A stretch of 64,000 bases of DNA from Candidatus Ozemobacteraceae bacterium. GTDB lineage: Bacteria; Muiribacteriota; Ozemobacteria; Ozemobacterales; Ozemobacteraceae. The notes under the pieces were generated by a model, which saw nothing but the letters and a program-made list of their open reading frames with translations, ran no database searches and was not told where the DNA came from. The stretch is taken from NCBI GenBank assembly GCA_965140445.1, contig OZ223236.1, positions 576,001 to 640,000 on the forward strand. The letters run 5' to 3'. The translations under genes were made by a program, and so were the position numbers. Of the stretch, positions 30,288-39,182 are shown one piece after another. Each line of letters begins with the position of its first letter. The stretch's first letter is position 1.

Positions 30288-30952
30288 ATCACGTAAGTTA
30301 GAACGTTAATTGCCATTTTCATGGCTTTTTCGCGAATCTCTTTGCTGTCCTCCGGGTGGACTCCTTCATCCTCAAGCCCATCACCAATGTCGGTTTCGTA
30401 AGTGTATAAAACCGTCATTCTTCCCTTGTCAAATATGGCATAAGCAGCTGGCGGTTTTCCATCGTGCTCATGAATTTTAGGAATTCCTTCTTCAAATGAA
30501 TAGGCCATATGGAAAATTGGGTGGTCCTTGGGAAGTAGTTTCAGTTCATTGTCAGGATAAAGTCGCTTAACTTCTCTGCGAAAGTATTTGTCCAGGCCAT
30601 AATTGTCGTCAACCCAAAGAAAACCACCGCTATTAAGGTAGTTTAACAACCTGTTCAGGTCATAATCTTTAAATTTAATTCGTCCATGCCCAGTAATATA
30701 AAGCATGGGATACTTAAAAAGGTCTGGATCTGAGATTGATACCGCAACATCTTCTATTTGAGTTGTCATTCCCAGTCTTTTTGAGGCTTCTTTCATGAAG
30801 TTTGGCAGAGATGTTGGGTTGCTATACCAGTCTCCACCACCATCATATCTTACGCGCGGAACAACTATGCGGTCAAAATCAGCAGCATCGGCATTTGATA
30901 CCACGAAAATTGAAAGAACCAGGAACAATAGTAGAATAAGATCACGATTCAT
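30278..30952 (-). CDS. DUF4159 domain protein
   Basis: YDGGGDWYSNPTSLPN, YPMLYITGHG, GGFLWVDDNYG, PKIHEHDG, DIGDG. Confidence 0.9.
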   Translation of the reverse strand: MNRDLILLLFLVLSIFVVSNADAADFDRIVVPRVRYDGGGDWYSNPTSLPNFMKEASKRLGMTTQIEDVAVSISDPDLFKYPMLYITGHGRIKFKDYDLNRLLNYLNSGGFLWVDDNYGLDKYFRREVKRLYPDNELKLLPKDHPIFHMAYSFEEGIPKIHEHDGKPPAAYAIFDKGRMTVLYTYETDIGDGLEDEGVHPEDSKEIREKAMKMAINVLTYVMCQ

Positions 30953-30953
30953 A

Positions 30954-33230
30954 TTAACTTAGTCCTCTCGTTCTGCGAATATACCATTCGAGCATTGGTA
31001 GGCAGAGTAATAGGAGTAATGCAAGGTAGCTGTCTCTTGCTTCAAATATTTTTGTTTCAAGTTTTTTGCCGGGCTCAGATTTCATATTTTTCATTAAGCT
31101 ATCAGCATCTTCTATGGATACAGCTATTCCACCTGTCATGCTGGCTATCCGCGACATCAGCTCAAACTGTATTTCAGGATTATCAAATTCCGAAGTTGGT
31201 GTTTCAACAAGGATTTCGGATTGTGCTTTTCCAAGTAGTTTTCCACGAAATCTGGCAGCGGTTTCAATTTTGAATAATCCACGCTCTGCCGGAATAAATG
31301 AGGTTTCGTAGCATCCTTTTTCAGAAGTTTCCATGCAGGTTAAGCGGGTTTTTATATCTTTTTCATCTGTTACGTTTAACTCAACCTGAGCGCCTTCCTG
31401 AAGCTTTCTTTTCCCATCCATTACCCAGACTTTAACCGAAAGCGGTTGGCCGGCAAAACCTCTTGAGGTTGGAAATTCAATTGCCACCTGAGCATCTTCA
31501 CGTCGATTAGCAAGCCACTTTAATAAATTAACCATGAACCCGGTGTAATTCTGGATACCACGATCGGTAGAAGCCATTCTAAAGCCCATCGGCCAGATTG
31601 GTCCACCCGTGAACATTACCACGTTTCCTTGTCCGTATTTGGATTTGACCATGAACGGAATAGCTGTTCCAGCTGTGTTTCTAACCGTAGAGCTTAAGAG
31701 AATTTCACTACCGGATTTTGGTTCCTGATAATCAAATAATCCATCAAATTTTGGCAGGGTTCTGAAAAATCCCATATTTTCTATTGGGTCATCAACTATG
31801 CGCAAAAAGTTGTAAGGCGGGTCCTGCGTCATAAGCTGCATATTTCCTGGAGTTCCCCGCCATTTTTCATTTTTTAAATTTACAGGTAAAATCTTTTCCA
31901 GTTCGCTTCCGGAGTAGCCTAAGTCGGCGTAACCTCTGCTCGATGGCAAAAGGAGTAATCCGCTTAAACCGCTTTCAACACGACTTATTATTTCAGCAGC
32001 GAAAGGGGCAATTTCTTTTTCAGAAATTCCGTTTAATACTATAATATCTGCATCACTAATGCTTTTGGAAGGATCAAAGTTTCTTTGCGCTTTCTGGAGC
32101 TTTGAGTCTTTCGATCTTGCCCAGCGGTTTTCCAGCAATTTAATCCATGTGTCTACGCTTGCATTTGGATCGGTGCGAAGAGCTGATATTAAAAATTTGA
32201 TATCCCAGGATGGTTTTCCCGCAAGTATGAGTACTTTTAAGCGTTCTTTAACCACTTTTAAAAGGAATTCTGTGTTGTTATTGTCGTAGGTCAATTCTGA
32301 TTCAAGATTTGGAATCTCCACCCTGTATCTGTAATTTCCCTCTTTGTCACATGGAAGATTAAAGGCAAAACCTGCTTTTTTATCCCCTGCTTTTATAGGG
32401 ATTTCCATTTCTTTAAACAGCTTGTTATTTTGCAAAATTTTGAGACTGATTGATTTTGTTGCGATGTTATAAAGCCCTAATTCTCCCCGAACTCTGAGGC
32501 TGGAATTCAGATAACCGGTTGCTGGAGGCTTATTTAACGTTAGAGAAAGATCTTTAACTGATCCCATTTTACCAGGAGAGATAAAACTAACTGGAAGTCT
32601 CATCTTGGATAAAGCATATTCTGGATTTTCTCCAGTAGTGAATGCGCCATCAGAAATCATTATTAATCCCAGAAGGCTTCCTTCTCCAAGGTTGCCTGCC
32701 ACATCTTTAATAGAGCCGCTTATGTCTGTCTGGTTTCCACCTGGTTTCAATGTTAACTGTTCCAATTCCTGTCTTGATACGGGGGAAACTGTATTAGAAA
32801 AGCTAAAAACTTCAGGGGCAATGCCGGTTTGCTTTTCAAGATTTTTTAGAAAATTATTCTTCCCAAAAAGGGTTTGAACTTGCTCGAAGCGACTTTTATC
32901 AGCATCTTTAATGCTCATACTTCGGGAAGTATCAATCATAACTGCTAATCTGTTTTTTTGGGGAATCCAACCTGTAACAACCAGGTTAAGTCCAGCCAGA
33001 AGAATAAGTAGAGAAACCACAAAAAGGGCTCTTATTCCCAGAATTAGCTTTCTATCGCTATCTTTAACTTTTTTACCTTCAAATTTGTAGAAGTAAAAAA
33101 ACAGAGGGGTAATCAATACGAGAAACAAGATCAAACCAGCCCAACCCCAGGTTAAGGCAAGGTTTACGCTTTTTACTGAGCGTATTGGATTAATGTCAAA
33201 GCCTATGAAGTTTAAAATTGCTCTGATCAA
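30954..33230 (-). CDS. membrane protein with vWA and GATase1-like domains
   Basis: DTSRSMS MIDAS, TDIS, ISDG; VLILAGKPSWD; C-terminal LEWYIRR. Confidence 0.85.
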   Translation of the reverse strand: MIRAILNFIGFDINPIRSVKSVNLALTWGWAGLILFLVLITPLFFYFYKFEGKKVKDSDRKLILGIRALFVVSLLILLAGLNLVVTGWIPQKNRLAVMIDTSRSMSIKDADKSRFEQVQTLFGKNNFLKNLEKQTGIAPEVFSFSNTVSPVSRQELEQLTLKPGGNQTDISGSIKDVAGNLGEGSLLGLIMISDGAFTTGENPEYALSKMRLPVSFISPGKMGSVKDLSLTLNKPPATGYLNSSLRVRGELGLYNIATKSISLKILQNNKLFKEMEIPIKAGDKKAGFAFNLPCDKEGNYRYRVEIPNLESELTYDNNNTEFLLKVVKERLKVLILAGKPSWDIKFLISALRTDPNASVDTWIKLLENRWARSKDSKLQKAQRNFDPSKSISDADIIVLNGISEKEIAPFAAEIISRVESGLSGLLLLPSSRGYADLGYSGSELEKILPVNLKNEKWRGTPGNMQLMTQDPPYNFLRIVDDPIENMGFFRTLPKFDGLFDYQEPKSGSEILLSSTVRNTAGTAIPFMVKSKYGQGNVVMFTGGPIWPMGFRMASTDRGIQNYTGFMVNLLKWLANRREDAQVAIEFPTSRGFAGQPLSVKVWVMDGKRKLQEGAQVELNVTDEKDIKTRLTCMETSEKGCYETSFIPAERGLFKIETAARFRGKLLGKAQSEILVETPTSEFDNPEIQFELMSRIASMTGGIAVSIEDADSLMKNMKSEPGKKLETKIFEARDSYLALLLLLCLPMLEWYIRRTRGLS

Positions 33231-35374
33231 TGTTCTACCCTCTTTTGTGGCTTAAGGTTTGAAAAAATTGTTTCCGCGAGCGCAAGTAATAGAAGCAGCC
33301 AAAGAAGGTTGCGTCCTAATTCGTAGCCATTTCGAAGAAAATTAACTTTTTCGCCAACTGTTTTTCTTGCTCCAGCTTTATGAGTGAGAGTTATAAATCT
33401 TGGAACTGATCTGATGTTTATTCTATTTAATTTGCTTTCTTCAGGAGGAGGATTAACCGCAAAACCTGCTTCAAGCTTCTTTTTGCCTAATAATTCAATT
33501 TTGTAAAATCCAGATTGTCTGGTCTCTCGGGTCGAAAATTGAACTATGCTACTGTTTTCTGATTTTAATGGGAGTTCCATTTTTTTATTATTTGGTAAGG
33601 TTAAGAAGATTTTTGTTATGTTTCTTCCGTTAAGACTCATGGAAATTGGCGTTCCTGGCTTTATGCTGCCAATTCTTAAATCGTTTCCAGTTACCATTGA
33701 GATCAATGCCTGGTGGATAAACGGCAGGAAGGTCGGTCTTATCGGCCATGAAGTCCAGGAGGTGTCGGCGCTGAAGCTTACAAGCATTGAGCGACCCATT
33801 CCTCGCTTTTCTTCGATAATTCCTGGTAATCCATGACTCATGCGGCACAAGATCAGAGACGCAGGATTTGGTTTGGTTTGGAAAAACTCATAGATCTGCG
33901 CTCTTCCAGGATCTCCATTTCCATCTTCGGAGAATATTTTGAAAGCCGGGTGGCCCATATCCAGATCAGTTATCTGGTAAGCAATTGATTTGCTGACAGC
34001 GTTTCCAACCCTCTTGTATATTCGTCCGGGAAGAATGTATGCGCCGCCCAGATCGTCAATCAGGTTTCTGTTATACCAGTCTGGTTGAACCATATTTCCA
34101 AGGAATGTAATAACGTTGCCACCGCTGATTAGATAATCGCTGAGTTTCTTTATAAATGGTTTTGGAAGCTCTCTTTGATTAATTAAGCAAACTGCAGAAT
34201 AGTCATCAGGGTTAATTCCATTAAGCTCTGTTGAACTTCTGCTTTCAACGTCAAAATTGTTGTTTTTGCTTTTATTTAAAGGATTAAGAGCGAATCTAAG
34301 AAATAAATCTTCTCTACTTGCTTTGTTTCCTGAACCTGCTTCAGGTTTTATTAAAAGGATTTTTTGTGGTTCAAGAACTTTTAATGATAAGAATCTTTCG
34401 TCATCGTAAGTTAAAGAATCACTGGGTAGAGCGGCTCTAATTTGAACAATCCCGGTTTTAGTGAATTTGTAAGATAGTTTTAATTCTTTTTCAGAGTTTG
34501 GTTCGAGCTCAAGGTCTTTCTCCAGCTTTTTTGTGCCGTCTATCAGTAGAGAAAGCTTTGTTTTTCTGACGCGATTATCATGGTTAGCGACTCGAACAAT
34601 GAAATTGTTGTTTCTGCCTTTGATCATTAAATTAGATTCAGATTTTAAAGCAGAAATCGACAGGTTGCCAGGGACTGGTTGCCCTACAGGAACCATGATC
34701 AGGTTGATTTCTTCATCAACTTTGTTTAAATCGTATTTGTCCAAAAATGGTTTCCAGGCCGATTCAGTAAGATCGGTAATTACATAGATTGATCTTCGGT
34801 ATGATTTAAGATTTGTAAGAAGCTTTAAGGCGGAGAAAAATGAGTTGTAAACATTAGTTCCAGCCATGCTTAGTGGAGCTTCTGAAACAGAATTTTTAAG
34901 AGCATCAACATCCCAGGTTAGCTGTGAAAAAGCAAGTTCTCCCGGGTCGTTTATAAAGCCAACTGTGGCTTTATCATTGGGGCCCATGTGATCCAGAATT
35001 TCCAGTGCCCGGCCTTTTGCCGAGTTGAACATTGATATTCCCTGACTGGTGCATCCCATGGACATGGAATTATCCAGCAGGATTACAAACGCAGCAGGAG
35101 CATCTGTGGCGGCATTTCCGCTCGAACCCTGTCCGATAAATGGCTTTGATAATGCTAAAACCAGACACAAGATCAGACAAATTCTAAGTATCAACAGAAT
35201 GATATTGCGCATTTTCTGGCGGCGAGCAACATACTCAACAGAAAGCTTGATAAGGCGCAAACTTGGAAAGTCCTTCCTGAGAGGGTGTTTGCGGAAATAG
35301 AGATGCAGGTAAATTGGGACAGCTATCCCAAGGATTCCTAGTAGAAACCATGGGTTGGCGAAACTTAGAGACAT
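33227..35374 (-). CDS. BatA N-terminal domain + vWA domain protein
   Basis: FANPWFLLG...PIYLHL...FPSL; LDNSMSM MIDAS; ITD; C-terminal TM. Confidence 0.88.
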   Translation of the reverse strand: MSLSFANPWFLLGILGIAVPIYLHLYFRKHPLRKDFPSLRLIKLSVEYVARRQKMRNIILLILRICLILCLVLALSKPFIGQGSSGNAATDAPAAFVILLDNSMSMGCTSQGISMFNSAKGRALEILDHMGPNDKATVGFINDPGELAFSQLTWDVDALKNSVSEAPLSMAGTNVYNSFFSALKLLTNLKSYRRSIYVITDLTESAWKPFLDKYDLNKVDEEINLIMVPVGQPVPGNLSISALKSESNLMIKGRNNNFIVRVANHDNRVRKTKLSLLIDGTKKLEKDLELEPNSEKELKLSYKFTKTGIVQIRAALPSDSLTYDDERFLSLKVLEPQKILLIKPEAGSGNKASREDLFLRFALNPLNKSKNNNFDVESRSSTELNGINPDDYSAVCLINQRELPKPFIKKLSDYLISGGNVITFLGNMVQPDWYNRNLIDDLGGAYILPGRIYKRVGNAVSKSIAYQITDLDMGHPAFKIFSEDGNGDPGRAQIYEFFQTKPNPASLILCRMSHGLPGIIEEKRGMGRSMLVSFSADTSWTSWPIRPTFLPFIHQALISMVTGNDLRIGSIKPGTPISMSLNGRNITKIFLTLPNNKKMELPLKSENSSIVQFSTRETRQSGFYKIELLGKKKLEAGFAVNPPPEESKLNRINIRSVPRFITLTHKAGARKTVGEKVNFLRNGYELGRNLLWLLLLLALAETIFSNLKPQKRVEH

Positions 35375-36291
35375 TACACTGACCTCGGATTAGTTGCCTG
35401 GCGTCTTGTGAAAAAGCTTCTTAAACTTGATTCAAGAGGGATAGATGTATCAGCCATTAAATAATCTATTCCGGATTTACGTAAGGCTGATCTGAATGTG
35501 TTGACATACTTTCTCAGTCGTTTAAGGTATTCTTCACGAAGTGAATAAGCGTCTGTAACAATTTCTGAATTGTCTTCCAGATCATGAAACATTGTTGTGT
35601 CGTCAAAAGGAAATGTTAGTTCATCTCTGTCGAGAACATGGAAAAGAACTATTTCATGTTTTCGACTGCGCAGATGGCGTAACTTTTTGATTATAAGCTC
35701 GGCATCGTCCATCAGATCAGAGAATAGAACAAATATTCCACGTTTTTTCATGCTCTGGCCAACCTGGTCTAGTGTGCTTCCCATGTCGGTTTTTTCTGAG
35801 GCAACTGTTTGTTCAAGCTCATTGCAGACAACCTTTAGGTGAGCCATGCCGGTTCTTGGTCTGATAATCTTTTTCAAACCGTCTGCAAAGGTTACCAGTC
35901 CGACCGAATCGTGTTGCTTTAGCATTAGATAGGACAGCGAGGCGGCAAGGGTCGAAGCGTATTCGAGCTTTGTCATTGAACCAGCGCCTTTATAGGACAT
36001 GGAACCGCTTGTATCTATAACCATATAACCAGAAAGGTTTGTTTCTTCTTCGTGTTCTTTAATATAGAATTTGTCTGTTCGTGCGTAAACCTTCCAATCT
36101 ATGTCCTTGAGAGGGTCTCCCGGGACATATTGTCGGTATTCCGAAAACTCTACGTTAAAGCCTTTGTATGGACTTTTGTGCAGCCCTTCAACTATACCCT
36201 CGACCACAGTTCTGGCCCTGATTTCCATAGAAGAAAGAGAGGCGAGAAGCTTCGGATCAAGAAATTTTGAAATTTTCCTGGTTTTTTCCAT
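35374..36291 (-). CDS. DUF58 domain protein
   Basis: GLHKSPYKG, EFSEYRQYVPGD, IDWKVYART, DTSGSM, FSDL. Confidence 0.95.
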   Translation of the reverse strand: MEKTRKISKFLDPKLLASLSSMEIRARTVVEGIVEGLHKSPYKGFNVEFSEYRQYVPGDPLKDIDWKVYARTDKFYIKEHEEETNLSGYMVIDTSGSMSYKGAGSMTKLEYASTLAASLSYLMLKQHDSVGLVTFADGLKKIIRPRTGMAHLKVVCNELEQTVASEKTDMGSTLDQVGQSMKKRGIFVLFSDLMDDAELIIKKLRHLRSRKHEIVLFHVLDRDELTFPFDDTTMFHDLEDNSEIVTDAYSLREEYLKRLRKYVNTFRSALRKSGIDYLMADTSIPLESSLRSFFTRRQATNPRSV

Positions 36292-36325
36292 CTATACTAA
36301 GATCCCGTTTCTTTGTTGCAAAAGC

Positions 36326-37372
36326 TTATGAAGCCGGTTCTGGTATCGCTTTAAGTATTTTTTCAATAATAATGTCTGGAGTTATTCCCTCTGCTTCAGC
36401 ATTGAAGTTAAGCATAATTCTATGTCTGAGGACCGCATAAGCAAGAGCTCTAACGTCTTCACAGGCAACATAAAATCTTCCCTGCAAAACTGCACGTGCT
36501 TTTGAACCAAGAATTAAATACTGACTCGCTCTAGGTCCAGCTCCCCAGGTGATGTATTCATTGATGAAGTCCAATGATTTTTCACGATTTGGTCTGGTAG
36601 CTTCAGCAATTGCCACGGCATATTTTATTACGCGATCCGAAACTGGAACTCTTCTAACTACTTCTTGAAGTTCAATAATTCTTTGGTGGTTTAAAACAGA
36701 GTTCAATTCAACAGCTTCGCCTCCGGTAGTGGCTTTAACCATTGAAACTTCTTCGTCAGTTGGTGGATATTCAATTTTGATGTTGAACATAAATCTATCC
36801 AGCTGTGCTTCCGGAAGAGGATAGGTTCCTTCCTGTTCAATCGGGTTCTGTGTTGCAAGAACAAAGAAAGGTTTCTCGAGTGAATAGGTTTTTCCAGAAC
36901 TGGTTACTTTCTTTTCCTGCATTGCCTGGAGAAGTGCAGCCTGAGTTTTTGGCGGCGTTCTGTTTATTTCGTCTGCTAGTAGAATTTGAGTGAAAACTGG
37001 TCCTTCAACGAACTTAAAATTACGCTCGCCGGTTTTAGTATTTTCTTCGAGGATCTCTGTTCCGATAATATCTGAGGGCATAAGATCTGGTGTGAACTGC
37101 ACTCGGCGGAACTGGAGGTCTAGAAGCTGGGATAAGCTATTTACAAGGAGCGTTTTTCCAAGACCCGGAACACCTATTAAAAGGACATGCCCTTGTGCGA
37201 AAAGTGCATAAAGAACTTCTTCCACAACATTGAGTTGTCCGATGAAGACCTTTGAGATTTCTTTGAGAATGGTTTCTCTTGCTTTTCTAATTTCTGCGAC
37301 AGCTTTTACTTCGTCTATTTGAGCTGGTTGCTGGTTGTTGCCAGCGCTGTTTTTTGCGTTATCCTCCGGCAT
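36326..37372 (-). CDS. moxR: MoxR family AAA+ ATPase
   Basis: GVPGLGKT, RVQFTPDLMPSD, LADEINRTPPKTQAALL, ATQNPIEQEGTYPLPEAQLDRF. Confidence 0.97.
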   Translation of the reverse strand: MPEDNAKNSAGNNQQPAQIDEVKAVAEIRKARETILKEISKVFIGQLNVVEEVLYALFAQGHVLLIGVPGLGKTLLVNSLSQLLDLQFRRVQFTPDLMPSDIIGTEILEENTKTGERNFKFVEGPVFTQILLADEINRTPPKTQAALLQAMQEKKVTSSGKTYSLEKPFFVLATQNPIEQEGTYPLPEAQLDRFMFNIKIEYPPTDEEVSMVKATTGGEAVELNSVLNHQRIIELQEVVRRVPVSDRVIKYAVAIAEATRPNREKSLDFINEYITWGAGPRASQYLILGSKARAVLQGRFYVACEDVRALAYAVLRHRIMLNFNAEAEGITPDIIIEKILKAIPEPAS

Positions 37373-37580
37373 TGCTGCTACCTCCTGCGAAAATACGAAA
37401 CTACCTTACCATGAAATATTACAAGGTACAAGGGGGCCGCAAAATCAACTCTTGTTGAGTGCCTGGCTGGTATGCTTCCCTAAAAATTTTTCTGGCAAAT
37501 TACCAAAGCTTTGAGAATTCTAAAAGTCAGAATTTTTATGATAGAATTAATTGTAAATAAATCGCTATCTGGGGTGATAG

Positions 37581-38048
37581 ATGTCGCATAAATCAGATTA
37601 TACTAACGAAGAATGGAATAAGCTTTTAAGGTTGGTTGCAGGGATTGTTTGGCACATTGAGATGAAGCAGACTGAAGCTAATGATTGGGAGATAAAAAAA
37701 CTTGCTGGTACAGCTCAGGCATTAGCTGGCAATTCAGCTGGAATTGATCTCATGGTGGACTTGAGCAAAGATGTAAAAAGTTATGTTTTTGATGCTTTGA
37801 GCAATCCATCGGATGTTAAGGCTTTTAAGTCTCCTGGTTTTGTAGAGGCTGCTATAAAAGATTGCTCACATATTCTTCGTGAAAAAGCCACTCACAGGGA
37901 AGTCTCTGAATTTAAGGATTTTGTTTATAAAATTGCTTTTAGATTGGCCGATAACTCAGGTGACGGATACCCCGGATTTGGGCGCAAAGTAGATGCCGGG
38001 GAAGCAGAATTCTTACTTGTTTTAAAATCGGAACTATCTGGAATCTAG
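37581..38048 (+). CDS. hypothetical protein, paralogue 1 of a tandem triplet
   Basis: DYTNEEW ... SGDGYPGFGRKV..GEAEFL. Confidence 0.8.
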   Translation: MSHKSDYTNEEWNKLLRLVAGIVWHIEMKQTEANDWEIKKLAGTAQALAGNSAGIDLMVDLSKDVKSYVFDALSNPSDVKAFKSPGFVEAAIKDCSHILREKATHREVSEFKDFVYKIAFRLADNSGDGYPGFGRKVDAGEAEFLLVLKSELSGI

Positions 38049-38086
38049 TAATAAGCAACCTTTTGGTTGTTTGCAAGGAATAGAAA

Positions 38087-38581
38087 ATGTCAAAAAAAGA
38101 AGACTATACGGCGGAAGAATGGCGAAGCCTGCAGGATTTGAGCTGTGTTGGTGTTACTCAGCTTTTTGATAGGGGTGTAAAAAATGCCTCAGTTGGTCTG
38201 AGTGATGTCGCCTCAAAAATCAGAGAAGTATTGGCAATGATTAAATACGCTGATACTGCGAAAAAGCAGTTTGCTGGAAACAGCTTGATATTGGATTTGA
38301 TTGATTCTTTCAGCGCAGGTGTAAAGGCTGAAGGCAAGTCTGTTGCTCCTATGATGCTTGAAAAGCAGCAGATTCGCGAGTTGATTGCTGAAGTGAATAG
38401 TATTCTGGCGCAAAAATCAGATGACCAGGAATCTGGTGAATTTAGGGCTATGGTTTATAGTCTGGCTTTTGAAATAGCAAATGCTTCTGGCGATGGTTTT
38501 CTTGGTTTTGGAGAGCGCATTAATGCCAAAGAAGCCGATTTTTTGAAATTTTTAAAAGAAGAGCTTATTGGAAACGCATAA
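38087..38581 (+). CDS. hypothetical protein, paralogue 2 of a tandem triplet
   Basis: DYTAEEW ... ASGDGFLGFGERI..KEADFL. Confidence 0.8.
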   Translation: MSKKEDYTAEEWRSLQDLSCVGVTQLFDRGVKNASVGLSDVASKIREVLAMIKYADTAKKQFAGNSLILDLIDSFSAGVKAEGKSVAPMMLEKQQIRELIAEVNSILAQKSDDQESGEFRAMVYSLAFEIANASGDGFLGFGERINAKEADFLKFLKEELIGNA

Positions 38582-38604
38582 AGAATATCTTTGTGGAGGA
38601 AAAA

Positions 38605-39081
38605 ATGGGAAATAAAGCAGATTTTGCTAGAAATGACTGGAATGAATTGCTTACGTTGGCCTTTTGCGGCATCGCTGTTTTAAAAGAATTAGATAATGGC
38701 AGTAGTTGGTTTACTGCAGTTGAGAATGTTAAAGAGGCAGAGGCAATAAAAAACTGCTTGAATAAGGTTTCAGAAACATATTCAGACAATGGATTGATTC
38801 AGGATATTGTCAAAGACCTTCATTATATTGAGCAAAGCGAATTTGATTTTGAATTGGGCTGGTTTGCGGATGAAAAGTTTTTAAAGAAAAAAATTCAGGC
38901 TGCAAATGAGATTCTCGAAAACAGGGTGACCCCAGTACAATCCAAGCAGTTTAAGCATTTTGTAGTTAAATTGGCGCATGAAATTGCCGCAGCTTCTGGT
39001 GACGGTATTCTTGGGCATGGGCAAAAAATTAATCCAGAAGAATCCGCTTTTATCGATTTTCTGAAAAAAGAACTTTTATAG
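38605..39081 (+). CDS. hypothetical protein, paralogue 3 of a tandem triplet
   Basis: DFARNDW ... ASGDGILGHGQKI..EESAFI; start moved to the ATG after GGAGGA. Confidence 0.8.
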   Translation: MGNKADFARNDWNELLTLAFCGIAVLKELDNGSSWFTAVENVKEAEAIKNCLNKVSETYSDNGLIQDIVKDLHYIEQSEFDFELGWFADEKFLKKKIQAANEILENRVTPVQSKQFKHFVVKLAHEIAAASGDGILGHGQKINPEESAFIDFLKKELL

Positions 39082-39116
39082 TTTTCTTTTTACAAATCTT
39101 TTCCAGAAAAACTCTA

Positions 39117-39147
39117 AAAAAAAATACGGCCCTTTTGCTGGGCCGTT
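39117..39147 (-). terminator. terminator hairpin between convergent genes
   Basis: ACGGCCC-TTTTGCT-GGGCCGT with an A-run on the left (T-tract on the minus strand). Confidence 0.6.
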
Positions 39148-39182
39148 AATCGGGAGATTATTTTGGTAGAGAGGAGAGGTTG

